Shown here piece by piece: positions 1 to 9,342 of a stretch of 64,000 bases of DNA. Source of the DNA: a virus; IMG/VR virus record IMGVR_UViG_3300032053_000019, positions 1 through 64,000 of that record. One strand, written 5' to 3'. Below the pieces are notes generated by a model. That model had not been told where the DNA came from. It made no database searches and saw only the letters and a program-made list of their open reading frames with translations. The stretch's first letter is position 1; every line of letters starts with the position of its first letter. The position numbers and the translations under genes were made by a program.

Positions 1-678
1 ATTGCTAACAGGGTGCAGGTACCCATTGTTAGTGTTTGTAACAGGCAGTGCCCCGAATGCTGTGCTAGGGAACGATTGACCTGGTATAACAAACAGATTA
101 AGGAATTGGAAATTCCAATAGAGGAACTTCGACGAGTGGGTAATTTGATCGGTAAGATTGGTAGGATTGAGATTACTGGAGGGGAACCCACCCTTCACTC
201 AAAGTTTGAGGAATTGACCAACAACTTGGAAACAATCTTTCAGTGCAACGACTTCATGTTAGTTACTAATGGATGGTTGTTTGGAAAAGATCCCTCAAAA
301 CTTCCGTTGTTGCTGAAGTACCAGCGTGTTTGGGTGTCCCATTATACCGAGCAATTTGTTGCCCGGCATGGAGGAGTATCAAACACGTTTGAGTATATGT
401 TGGTAACACAGTTTTTACAAGCCCATCATCATCTCAATGTTATGAAAGTTCAGATAGATGGGCATGTGCCTTATGGAGAACCCCCCTACGAAGGAACTCC
501 TTGTGCTCATTATTGGTCTGACATGATTGCCTACCATGAAGGACAGTTGTTTGGTTGTTGTGTGGCATGGAGTCTCCCCCTACAGGGGAAGGGGATTCCG
601 TTGACCTCGGAGTGGAGAGATCATGTGAAGGAGATTGAACTCCCTTGTGAGACTTGTTTTCGATCGGGAGGTAGATAA
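1..678 (+). CDS. Radical SAM protein (5' end probably outside window)
   Basis: CxxxCxxC (CNRQCPEC), ITGGEP, VTNG and C-terminal Cys cluster; frame is open from base 1. Confidence 0.85.
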   Translation: MANRVQVPIVSVCNRQCPECCARERLTWYNKQIKELEIPIEELRRVGNLIGKIGRIEITGGEPTLHSKFEELTNNLETIFQCNDFMLVTNGWLFGKDPSKLPLLLKYQRVWVSHYTEQFVARHGGVSNTFEYMLVTQFLQAHHHLNVMKVQIDGHVPYGEPPYEGTPCAHYWSDMIAYHEGQLFGCCVAWSLPLQGKGIPLTSEWRDHVKEIELPCETCFRSGGR

Positions 679-679
679 C

Positions 680-1450
680 ATGAGAGTTACTGTAGGAATG
701 ATTGCTTACAATGCCTCTCCTGTTATCGGTGCGGCCATTCGGAGCACCTATCCCTATGTCGATGACATCATCGTTGTTGATGGTTCGGCACATGGCCCTT
801 CGACTGATGATACTGTTACGATGGCGAAGTCAATTGGATCTCGTGTTAGTGTGGTATCGGGAGTTTTTGCAAAACCAGATGGTAGCTGGGATGAACGAAG
901 GCAACGTCAAACCTATTTGGACTTGATGGGACGAAGTGAGGAACGGTGGGGTTTGTCTCAGGATGCCGATGAGGTCTATGATAAGGAAAATATTCTAAAA
1001 CTGATTGAATCTATGGATAACGCAAAGTCAGATATAGATATCATAAGTCATAGGTTTATCCATTTCTGGAGAAACCTAAATCAAATTGTAACTGGTAGTC
1101 AATGGTCAATGGCACGAATGGAGAGTTGTGCATTCCGATTGACTGAAGGTATAAAAATAGTTAACAATAATACAATGGCTGGTTTTCGCCATGGGTGGCC
1201 AGGATGCTGGTCTCACCGGGATGATATCTTTGTCTATCATTATGGGCATGCTTTATCTTATGAGAGATGCTTGTTCAGAGTACGGGAATACTTTCTAGCG
1301 GGATATGTTGGTGATCAAAGTCGGTACTCACTTGAGGAGCACCTAAAAGAATGGAATCGTATTTATAATTTAAAGTTACCAGGTGTGGTTCCCTATATCG
1401 GTCGCCAACCTGAGACTATCCTGCCTTTGATAGGGAGTTACTTCAAATGA
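680..1450 (+). CDS. Glycosyltransferase family 2
   Basis: N-terminal IAYN, IIVVDG-STD, DADE (DxD) motif, HYGH; ATG at 680 after GGAGG. Confidence 0.85.
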   Translation: MRVTVGMIAYNASPVIGAAIRSTYPYVDDIIVVDGSAHGPSTDDTVTMAKSIGSRVSVVSGVFAKPDGSWDERRQRQTYLDLMGRSEERWGLSQDADEVYDKENILKLIESMDNAKSDIDIISHRFIHFWRNLNQIVTGSQWSMARMESCAFRLTEGIKIVNNNTMAGFRHGWPGCWSHRDDIFVYHYGHALSYERCLFRVREYFLAGYVGDQSRYSLEEHLKEWNRIYNLKLPGVVPYIGRQPETILPLIGSYFK

Positions 1451-1968
1451 CCGAAGCACAGTTCCTAGAGGGATTTGTAGAAGATGTCTTCTCGTATAAG
1501 ACAGTCTTGTATGTAGGAGCCTCCCCAGCTAGGCAAATCTTGACGAAGGAGTTCAAGGACCACGGGGCAGTGATTGACCTCGTGGAGGTTTGGCCGCCCA
1601 ATTTGGACTCTTTGATCAAGACACACATTGGAGTGTTTGATAACTTCATCCTTGGAGATGTACGAAAGTTGAACGAAGTCATCAACCGGACCTATGACGT
1701 GGTCTGCTGGTGGCATGGTCCTGAACATGTGACCAAGGAGGAGTTTGAATCGACACTTCAAGGATTAACAAAATATGCCAACCATCTTGTGGTGGTGGCT
1801 TGCCCCTACGGGAACTATCCACAAGGGGCACTTGAAGGTAACCAGTTTGAGATTCATCACCAGGCACTCACCCCAGAAGACTTCCATCGAATAGGATGGT
1901 ACGCGATTAGCTTTGGTAAGAAGCATAATCCATGGTCTTGGGTGATGGCTTGGTATCGTAAATCATAA
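1447..1968 (+). CDS. SAM-dependent methyltransferase-like protein
   Basis: VLYVGA, LVEV, GDV, YDVV-W-HGPEH Rossmann-like pattern. Confidence 0.6.
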   Translation: MTEAQFLEGFVEDVFSYKTVLYVGASPARQILTKEFKDHGAVIDLVEVWPPNLDSLIKTHIGVFDNFILGDVRKLNEVINRTYDVVCWWHGPEHVTKEEFESTLQGLTKYANHLVVVACPYGNYPQGALEGNQFEIHHQALTPEDFHRIGWYAISFGKKHNPWSWVMAWYRKS

Positions 1969-1978
1969 GGAGGAAGTT

Positions 1979-2158
1979 ATGAAAAACTTTTTTAGTGGGA
2001 TCGTTACTTTCCTTAAGGCGATCAAACTGCGGTGGTGGTTCGTATACGTGGCCTATGCGCTATTCGTATACATCCATCTCTTTGGGATTCTCGGCACGAT
2101 CGGCATGACCGTGGCGATTATCCTATTCCACAACAAGATCGACGCACTCGGAAAATAG
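1979..2158 (+). CDS. Small membrane protein (59 aa, not in ORF track)
   Basis: AGGAGG RBS; MKNFFSGIVTFLKAIKLRWWFVYVAYALFVYIHLFGILGTIGMTVAIILF is hydrophobic. Confidence 0.65.
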   Translation: MKNFFSGIVTFLKAIKLRWWFVYVAYALFVYIHLFGILGTIGMTVAIILFHNKIDALGK

Positions 2159-2175
2159 TGTGTGAGGAGTCTGTA

Positions 2176-2430
2176 ATGGAAACGCCAGGCAGTCTGATAG
2201 ACAAACTCTTTACGGTTGACCATAAACTTTGGAACCAGGAAGATATTGCCCAGACGCCTGGGGCCGACGACAAGACAGTGGCTAGTGCCAAGAGAAAGAT
2301 CAGTATGCTGAATCTTCAGAGAAACGCACTCATTCAGGAATTCGATGAATTAATTTGTGATATCCTTTCAGGAAAGAAGACAGCGGTTGTCTTTCCTCAG
2401 TTGAAGGATTATGCCAAGAGTGGTGGTTAA
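2176..2430 (+). CDS. DUF4254-like protein
   Basis: METPGSLIDKL...LWNQED...LNLQRNALI resembles DUF4254; GAGGAG RBS. Confidence 0.6.
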   Translation: METPGSLIDKLFTVDHKLWNQEDIAQTPGADDKTVASAKRKISMLNLQRNALIQEFDELICDILSGKKTAVVFPQLKDYAKSGG

Positions 2431-2432
2431 TA

Positions 2433-2597
2433 ATGTTAGAAGCAGAGCGTAGTCGGATTGAAGTAAAACCGACCAAGATTACTAACCACAGAGACGTCGA
2501 TGTAGTGGTTAGAGATTTTTACGGACACGAGCATGTTCTTTTTCCTATGATGGAAAAGGAGCTATTGATGGTTTCGACGAAGGGGAATAAGAAATGA
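2433..2597 (+). CDS. Small hypothetical protein (54 aa)
   Basis: Fills the intergenic gap; ATGA overlap with the next gene. Confidence 0.45.
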   Translation: MLEAERSRIEVKPTKITNHRDVDVVVRDFYGHEHVLFPMMEKELLMVSTKGNKK

Positions 2598-3523
2598 ACG
2601 GTAACTTTGTAACGTTTACATGTGCAGGAAATCTTTTCGCTACTAAACTTGCCGACAACGCTGTTGCCAATGGTTGGGTCAGGAGTGAGGCAGGATATGA
2701 CTGGATTAAGCCCGTCAACTCAAACAATGTTTGTCTAGGAAGACTGGCCTACCTTGCGGCTATCAGAATCTATACTGAGTTAAGTGTCACAGGCTTCCAG
2801 TATACTATCTTTGAGCCGGCGGTAAGGGAATCCTATGACGCTGGTTCACATGCTGGAATAGGTTTGGGATGGGTAGGATGGGGGAATCCTATCTATTGGG
2901 CCGGACGAACTGAGAATGATCTTGCTAGAGATTTTACCTTTGAAGGTTGGATGGATGCTAACTGTATCATTGGTAATGTGAAGCCAGATCCCTCTATTAC
3001 TGGGGCTACCACTTTCCCAATTTTCTTCTGTGTGACCAAGGGTTTTGACGGAGTTAATCGCTTGGTTGGATTGGATATGATGCCTGCCGCATCTGCGTAT
3101 CGTTGTAATGCAAGACTTATCTATGCCGCTGATGCACTGGCCTACTTTAAGGGATTGCAATCTGGTGGTCTTGGAGTGTGGGGCTTCGATAACAAAGCCA
3201 GACTTTCTAGATTATACCTTTTCAGAGGTGGGGTGGCAATAGCGGATGTGATCAACTCGGCGGCAATCTTGGGATCGTTTGAAGATCCGGTAACCGGCAT
3301 ACCTTATCTTCTTTGTAGTAAGAGTCAGGGTGTTGAAGTTTACAATGACGAGTGCATTCTGAACATTGGTGGGACAGATTATTATTACAGATGTCTTTAT
3401 CCCACGTTGACCCCTCCCCATACAATTATGATGACAAACAAATCTTCGAACTTCAACGCCATTGTGGCTCCCTCTGCGAAGGGGGTTGATGAAATACTTA
3501 CTTACTGGGTAAGGAGATTGTAA
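2594..3523 (+). CDS. Hypothetical protein, possibly virion-associated
   Basis: 309-aa ORF, Gly/aromatic-rich, at the start of the structural region. Confidence 0.6.
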   Translation: MNGNFVTFTCAGNLFATKLADNAVANGWVRSEAGYDWIKPVNSNNVCLGRLAYLAAIRIYTELSVTGFQYTIFEPAVRESYDAGSHAGIGLGWVGWGNPIYWAGRTENDLARDFTFEGWMDANCIIGNVKPDPSITGATTFPIFFCVTKGFDGVNRLVGLDMMPAASAYRCNARLIYAADALAYFKGLQSGGLGVWGFDNKARLSRLYLFRGGVAIADVINSAAILGSFEDPVTGIPYLLCSKSQGVEVYNDECILNIGGTDYYYRCLYPTLTPPHTIMMTNKSSNFNAIVAPSAKGVDEILTYWVRRL

Positions 3524-3524
3524 G

Positions 3525-3677
3525 ATGGAAGAGAACTGTAGTGCCTGTGGAAAGAAACTTGAAGCTCAGGAAAAAATCTATTACGATATTCCTGCTGGTT
3601 CGAAAAAGGTTCTTTGCCAGACGTGCTATGATCAATATATGATGTCACTATCTGAAACTGGAACACAACCGGAGTAA
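3525..3677 (+). CDS. Small zinc-finger protein (50 aa)
   Basis: CSACGK...LCQTCY; AGGAG RBS. Confidence 0.55.
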   Translation: MEENCSACGKKLEAQEKIYYDIPAGSKKVLCQTCYDQYMMSLSETGTQPE

Positions 3678-3682
3678 CTAAA

Positions 3683-5815
3683 ATGGGTTGGGTAACGGGT
3701 TGGACATACAGAAAGAGTCACACCATTACTCCCTCTGCTGGTGCTGGGCAGAATTACCAGAAAAGAATAGTGGTGCACTTTAGTGCGGGAACTGATAGTG
3801 GTGAAGATATTTATCTCTCTGGTAAATGTAAAGCAAATTTCGGAGACATAAGATTTACAAATAGTAGTGGAGCTTTTCTGCTTGATCATTGGTTGGATAA
3901 GAAGGTCGATGGGAACTATGCTATTTTCTGGGTTAAAGTATCCGATGATTTAAGCACGTATGATAAGAAGATTTATATCTACTACGGAAATGCGAGTGCC
4001 CTATCGGCGTCCAACGGAGATGCTACTTTCATTTTCTTTGACGACTTTGAGACTAATCTAAATAGATGGTCTTGTTTCGGACTAACTGGCCTGCGTTTCT
4101 CAGGTTCTAATAATTTAGGTTCCCCTTTAGGGTTTGGAACGATCGCTGACTTCGATGGTCTCAGTCCCTTTACATTAGAGTGCTGGTTCAGAACTTCCGG
4201 TACGGGCGAACAACCACTAATAACGAGGATGAACTTGGATGGAAATGGGCGTGGTTACTGCTTGTTTGTCATAAACAATCACATTGGATATGAATTGAGA
4301 AGTAATCGTACTCCCTCAAGTGATATACAGATTGAAACGAATGTTCGAACCATCAACGATGGGAATTGGCATCATCTGGTTGCCTCCTATGATGGTTCAC
4401 GACAGGCGTCTGGCATCCACATTTACTTGGATGGAACAGAAGAGCCCTTCACCACTTTAGTGAATACTCTAAACGACACAATCAGCAATCCTTCAAGGTT
4501 CAATGTGGCCACGTATGGTGGATTCTATTACTTTACTGGAGATATAGATGAGATTGTAGTTTATACTTCGGTCTTGACACTGGTAGACATCGTTGCTCGT
4601 TATAATAATGGAGAGGGCACCGAAGACATACTAGGTGGTACAGTCTACGCCCACTGGCCTCTTGATGAAGGTTCCGGAGGTGATGTGGTTGATGTCTCTG
4701 GACATCCTGAACGAAACTTGTGGCTAGTCACAGCCGGTGGACCTATGCCGGCTTGGATTACTGGAATAATTGGAGCGCCTGTGCCTTCTTTCGATCATGC
4801 TTATTCTGGTACTAAAGGTGCGAAGATACCTATAGCAACCCTTATGTCTCATAACCAACTTCCTTATGATAACATCGCCGTTCATGTTCATCTTTATGAT
4901 GAAATGTTACCAGTACCTGAGTATACTGTTTTTAGTATTGATGCTGGGGAGGCCGAGGTATCTTTTATTGGATTAATTACTGATGGTGACCAGTACGAAT
5001 ACCAATTGCTGGGTATCAATTATAACAGCGGTGTTCCTAGAACGATTGGATGGCATGAGTTTATAACAAGAAGCTCGTTGGGTCTTAAACAATTCATTAT
5101 TGATGGAAACATCATGCCAGTTACGGGTGTGGGAGTTTGGAATCCTGTAACTTTTCTTATTGTGGCGGGCACCTCCCAGGCGGTGGCTTACTGGGACTCG
5201 ATTTTTTATACAAAGTTTGTTTCTCCTGAACCTGCTCACGGCGAGTGGGGTGCAGAGGAGACTGGTAGTGGAGTAACAACGTTTATTGCTGAGGATATTG
5301 AAAGTTCCGTTCCTGAGAAGGCACGGACGTTGGACGATGTTATTTATCTTCTAGCACAACATCCTTTGAATGTTGAAGATGCGTTAGTGACTCTACTTGG
5401 TTCTCTACATCTTCCCACTTCTTCTGAAGATTTACTTGTGGTTCTATCTAAATACTTTCACATTCCAATTTCGTCTGAGGAGTTACTTGAAGTCTTAACA
5501 AAGAAATTCCGGTCGGTTGAAGAGTTGGTACTTGCTTTATCAGAAACTCTCCACATTCCAATTTCGTCTGAGGATTTGATAACTTCTTTAGCAAGTTTTC
5601 TTCACATTCCAATTTTATCAGAGGATATGCTTCTGGTATTACTGGCAAAGAGAATATTGTCAACCGAGGAGGTTATTCTGTCATTGCTGGCACAGAGAAT
5701 ACTACAAGGACAAGATACTATTTATGAACGATCTCTGCTATATCGGTCTCGTTTGATGGCATTTCCTATATTTGGAGGAAGTCATGTTATTCAAGTCAAG
5801 GGTGAGGAAGGGTAA
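3683..5815 (+). CDS. DUF2341-like protein with LamG/ConA domain and C-terminal repeats (putative virion or adhesion protein)
   Basis: W-YRK..I, DIRFT, WVKV, IYIYYGN, FIFFDDFE (DUF2341); FTLECWF, DGNWHHLV, IYLDG, GDIDE (LamG); HIPISSED repeats. Confidence 0.75.
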   Translation: MGWVTGWTYRKSHTITPSAGAGQNYQKRIVVHFSAGTDSGEDIYLSGKCKANFGDIRFTNSSGAFLLDHWLDKKVDGNYAIFWVKVSDDLSTYDKKIYIYYGNASALSASNGDATFIFFDDFETNLNRWSCFGLTGLRFSGSNNLGSPLGFGTIADFDGLSPFTLECWFRTSGTGEQPLITRMNLDGNGRGYCLFVINNHIGYELRSNRTPSSDIQIETNVRTINDGNWHHLVASYDGSRQASGIHIYLDGTEEPFTTLVNTLNDTISNPSRFNVATYGGFYYFTGDIDEIVVYTSVLTLVDIVARYNNGEGTEDILGGTVYAHWPLDEGSGGDVVDVSGHPERNLWLVTAGGPMPAWITGIIGAPVPSFDHAYSGTKGAKIPIATLMSHNQLPYDNIAVHVHLYDEMLPVPEYTVFSIDAGEAEVSFIGLITDGDQYEYQLLGINYNSGVPRTIGWHEFITRSSLGLKQFIIDGNIMPVTGVGVWNPVTFLIVAGTSQAVAYWDSIFYTKFVSPEPAHGEWGAEETGSGVTTFIAEDIESSVPEKARTLDDVIYLLAQHPLNVEDALVTLLGSLHLPTSSEDLLVVLSKYFHIPISSEELLEVLTKKFRSVEELVLALSETLHIPISSEDLITSLASFLHIPILSEDMLLVLLAKRILSTEEVILSLLAQRILQGQDTIYERSLLYRSRLMAFPIFGGSHVIQVKGEEG

Positions 5816-7044
5816 TGAGAAAACTTGGAGATATGATCACACTTGATTTTACGACACACAATCCATCTACCGGGATGGTTCAAGATGCGGATCTCCTACC
5901 TATCTGTGAGGTTTTTGATAACAACATTGACATTCCCATCCTTACACCAGTTGTAATAAAGAGAACTGGACAAACCGGGGACTACAGAGTCAGTATAGAG
6001 GCAACTATTGGTAATGGGTTTGGAGTAGGAAGAACTTACAATGTTATTGCGTCTGCAACTGTAAACTCCGTTTCGGCAAAGGCAAGGATAGGCATATTTG
6101 TTTTGGATTCAAAAAGCAACCAGGATGTCGTTGATGAAGTTGGTCTTATGAGGACCGAGACGGATAAGATTCAAGATATCGTTGAGGATGTTAGTCTTGT
6201 AAAGATTGAGACGGACAAAGTTCAGGATCTCGTCAATGAAGTTAATCTTGTGAAGGACAAAGTCACAGATGTTACTAGTGATGTTGTTCTGATCAAATCT
6301 GAAACGGATAAGATTCAAGAAGTTGCCGATGAGATTGATCTTGTAAAGATTGAGACAGATAAGATATCAGGTCTTGTCAATACTGTTGACCTTGTAAAGA
6401 CCGAAGTAGATAAAATCCAGATTATTAAGCCTGAGACGGATAAGATTCAAGATATCGTTGAAATTGCCGGTCTGATCAAGCCTGAGACAAATAAGATTCA
6501 GGGTATTGCTAATAAGGTTGTTGCACTTCAGGGAATTGTTGCTTATGAAACAGACAAGATTCAGCACAGTATTGCTGATGAGGTGGGCAAGATTCAGGAA
6601 CTTACTGGTGAGATTGATCTTGTAAAGATTGAGACAGATAAGATTCAGGATCTTGCTGAGGAAGTTATTCTGATCAAGGCCGAGACGGATAAGATTGTAG
6701 ACGTTGAGTCCGAGACAGATAAGATTCAGGACCTTTCTAATAAAGTTGTCATACTTCAGGGAGTTGTTGCTTATGAAACAGACAAGATTCAGCACAGTAT
6801 TGCTGATGAGGTTGGCAAGATTCAGGAACTTACTGGTGAGATTGGTCTTGTAAAGAACGAGACAGATAAGATTCAAAGCATCGCAGTTGATGCGAAGTTT
6901 ATTAGAGAAGTTGAAAGTGGAAGATGGGAGATTAGAGGTTCACAGATGATTTTTTATTCTGGGGAAGATTCCGTCGAACTTATGAGATTCGATATTACAA
7001 AAGATGCTAGTGGTAATGCTATAATGAGGACGAGGGTGTTATGA
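5815..7044 (+). CDS. Repeat-rich coiled-coil protein (ETDKIQ repeats), putative virion fibre
   Basis: More than 12 ETDKIQ/ETDKV-type repeats between non-repetitive N- and C-terminal domains. Confidence 0.7.
   Translation: MRKLGDMITLDFTTHNPSTGMVQDADLLPICEVFDNNIDIPILTPVVIKRTGQTGDYRVSIEATIGNGFGVGRTYNVIASATVNSVSAKARIGIFVLDSKSNQDVVDEVGLMRTETDKIQDIVEDVSLVKIETDKVQDLVNEVNLVKDKVTDVTSDVVLIKSETDKIQEVADEIDLVKIETDKISGLVNTVDLVKTEVDKIQIIKPETDKIQDIVEIAGLIKPETNKIQGIANKVVALQGIVAYETDKIQHSIADEVGKIQELTGEIDLVKIETDKIQDLAEEVILIKAETDKIVDVESETDKIQDLSNKVVILQGVVAYETDKIQHSIADEVGKIQELTGEIGLVKNETDKIQSIAVDAKFIREVESGRWEIRGSQMIFYSGEDSVELMRFDITKDASGNAIMRTRVL
6538..6844 (+). repeat. Near-identical ~79-bp direct repeat, period 228 bp, inside the CDS
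   Basis: gttgcttatgaaacagacaagattcagcacagtattgctgatgagg...gagattg at 6538 and 6766. Confidence 0.9.
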
Positions 7045-7211
7045 ACGATTTAATTTTAAGGGGTTATGGTCATCTTAATCTAGTTGTGACCCGAGGACTC
7101 ATGTTTGGAAAGATAGCATCTATTCGTACTGAACTACTTCAATTTGTTTCGAAGTTTACAGGGACTCTGCCGTTCCAATCTAAGTTTAGGAGATTCGTCG
7201 ATGGGATATAA
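7041..7211 (+). CDS. Small hypothetical protein (56 aa)
   Basis: ATGA overlap with the upstream gene; LQFVSK...FQSKFRR motif. Confidence 0.55.
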   Translation: MNDLILRGYGHLNLVVTRGLMFGKIASIRTELLQFVSKFTGTLPFQSKFRRFVDGI

Positions 7212-7368
7212 ATTGCACTTCAAACCGATGCTACAGTTTGTGTCCAAACTGCGGTGGAGAGAATTGTTTCAGTCAAGATTTCGTAGAGAATCTATACAAC
7301 GAATTTCCAAACTCCGACCTGTTGCTCACTTTCAATCTAAGTGGGAAACGGAAGAATCTGAGGTGTAA
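7201..7368 (+). CDS. Small hypothetical protein (55 aa), paralog of 7041-7211
   Basis: AGGAG RBS; LQFVSK...FQSRFRR motif. Confidence 0.55.
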   Translation: MGYKLHFKPMLQFVSKLRWRELFQSRFRRESIQRISKLRPVAHFQSKWETEESEV

Positions 7369-7370
7369 TT

Positions 7371-7694
7371 ATGGCTAACGAGAAGATTTATATTGGTGAT
7401 GTTGGAACTACCATTGAGGTTGACATGCAGGAGAGCTTGGTAGGATTCTCTGGATTCAAGTTCCTTGTGAAGAAACCTAAGGCGGATGGTTCTGGAGATG
7501 AGCTAAAGACTTGGACTGCCGTTACTAAGTCTGGTGTTGGAAATGAAAAGTTGCTAGTCCACGTCACTGTAGCAGGAGAGGTTGATGCTCCTGGTCACTA
7601 TTACATCCAACCTTACGGAGAGGTTACTGGATGGAAAGGACGCGGTGATACCTTCATTCTGAAAGTACTACCGGTATTTGGGATAGATGCATAG
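7371..7694 (+). CDS. Putative virion structural protein
   Basis: GDVGT...KKP...W...G.YYIQ pattern seen in small beta-rich phage structural ORFs. Confidence 0.5.
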   Translation: MANEKIYIGDVGTTIEVDMQESLVGFSGFKFLVKKPKADGSGDELKTWTAVTKSGVGNEKLLVHVTVAGEVDAPGHYYIQPYGEVTGWKGRGDTFILKVLPVFGIDA

Positions 7695-7705
7695 GAGATA
7701 GTGCC

Positions 7706-8389
7706 ATGGACGAAACTTCGTTAGTTTCTGCAGTACGTACAGAGTTAGGAAAAGTCAGTAATACCACAGATATTACTGACCCTGATATCCTTCGTGAAGC
7801 CGGCTACATCTTGCAGAAAATCTCCGCCGCACTTCCTAAAAAGATTCCTCGGAAGATTACTTCAGTTGCTAATCAAAGGGACTACGATGTAAACGCCTCC
7901 ACCATTCGGGTACAGGCATTGATCTCTAATGAGGAGGTCTCGGCCGACGATCGCATGAAGTTGGGCAGTTATTTGATCGACGAAACTCAGGCTAATGAAG
8001 ACTATCTCTTCCCCTCGTTGTGGATGATCAAGATGATGCGAAGACGCCGGGCCCTTCCCAACCTCCGGTTTGACTTCAATCCTATTGAACGAAAACTCAA
8101 GATTGATCCGGTACCTGAGCAAGCTGGAGAGATCTATTGGTATATTAGTATCGAATCCGCCGGCTGGACGGTCTCTGCAACTCCAACGGAGTTTGAGGAA
8201 CTCTTGGTCACGGGCACGGTTTGGAAATGCCTGCAGATCGTTTTCCTGAGACGTAGTACGGAAGGTGGCATCATGCGTGATGGTGGGCGAGTGGATTACC
8301 CAGCCAGTGCTCTGAAAGGTTATGCTGACTCGGTGAAGGAAGAGTTTTTTGAAACGCTCAAATTGAAGCAAATGCTATACGGACTATAA
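7706..8389 (+). CDS. Putative head-tail adaptor/neck protein
   Basis: Size and position before the HK97 gp10-like gene. Confidence 0.5.
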   Translation: MDETSLVSAVRTELGKVSNTTDITDPDILREAGYILQKISAALPKKIPRKITSVANQRDYDVNASTIRVQALISNEEVSADDRMKLGSYLIDETQANEDYLFPSLWMIKMMRRRRALPNLRFDFNPIERKLKIDPVPEQAGEIYWYISIESAGWTVSATPTEFEELLVTGTVWKCLQIVFLRRSTEGGIMRDGGRVDYPASALKGYADSVKEEFFETLKLKQMLYGL

Positions 8390-8397
8390 GGTAAACT

Positions 8398-8898
8398 ATG
8401 ACGCAAACTGACTTCGTTAACTTCACAATTGATTGGGAGATGCTGGGCAAGCGGTTCGGCATCCTCAAGAATGAGGTCCTGCCTTATATGAAACGGACCT
8501 GGTTCGCAATTGCGGAGTATGGTCTCATGCGTATCCGTCAGTTGACTCCAGAGACGCATACGGGTACGGATCTCGCCGGCATGTGGGGCCTGGACTATTC
8601 AGTACGGGCGACAGTGACCTCGTTCATCATTCGTAACACCTATAAGAATAAGGATGTGCTAGTTTGGTTTGAAGAGGGCACCAGACCCCACAGGATACCG
8701 GTGGGCAAGTTTGGGTTCCTGCACTTCACTACGTATGAGGGGGATGAAGTGTATACAAAGAAGACAGTCATGCACCCAGGTACTCCCGCCTATTGGATGG
8801 CGACCAAGACGAAGGCCGATCTTCAGAGCAAACTTGACTCTTACATTCAGCAGACCTTTGTTCAGATTGACAAACTCATGGGCGAGGGGAGGAAGTAA
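8398..8898 (+). CDS. HK97 gp10-like neck/tail-completion protein
   Basis: FEEGTRPHRI...VMHPGT motif. Confidence 0.7.
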   Translation: MTQTDFVNFTIDWEMLGKRFGILKNEVLPYMKRTWFAIAEYGLMRIRQLTPETHTGTDLAGMWGLDYSVRATVTSFIIRNTYKNKDVLVWFEEGTRPHRIPVGKFGFLHFTTYEGDEVYTKKTVMHPGTPAYWMATKTKADLQSKLDSYIQQTFVQIDKLMGEGRK

Positions 8899-9332
8899 TG
8901 GCAAACTATTATGGATTCGGAGTCAAGGCAACAATTATTGCCAACATCGCCGCCTTGATCAAGCCGGGAATTGCCGGAGTGGTTTTTGTCGACTATCAAA
9001 GGGCATACGATACTGGGATCGGACCTGAGAAAATGCCTGGAGCTTTTGTGAACGATGTCGTTGAGGAAAAGGAAAAGATCCTTTCCAACGTCTTTAAGAA
9101 TAAAGTCCAGATTGGTGTGGTTGTGTGGACGAGGGCGGAAGCGGCCGAGAATCTCTGGACAAAGATGAATACTTTTGCCCAGGCGATCATCGCAAAGATT
9201 GATGCGGATCCTTCCATCGGCAACCAGGCATACTCGGCCACTTGCTCTAGAATCACTACGGACTCGGGAGCTAGACATCCGGTTGGGGTCTTTGTCATCA
9301 TTATTGAAGTTATTTACTTTTCGGCAACGTAA
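8898..9332 (+). CDS. Putative tail terminator/completion protein
   Basis: Size and synteny; AIIAKIDADPSIG pattern. Confidence 0.55.
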   Translation: MANYYGFGVKATIIANIAALIKPGIAGVVFVDYQRAYDTGIGPEKMPGAFVNDVVEEKEKILSNVFKNKVQIGVVVWTRAEAAENLWTKMNTFAQAIIAKIDADPSIGNQAYSATCSRITTDSGARHPVGVFVIIIEVIYFSAT

Positions 9333-9342
9333 GGAGAAGACA

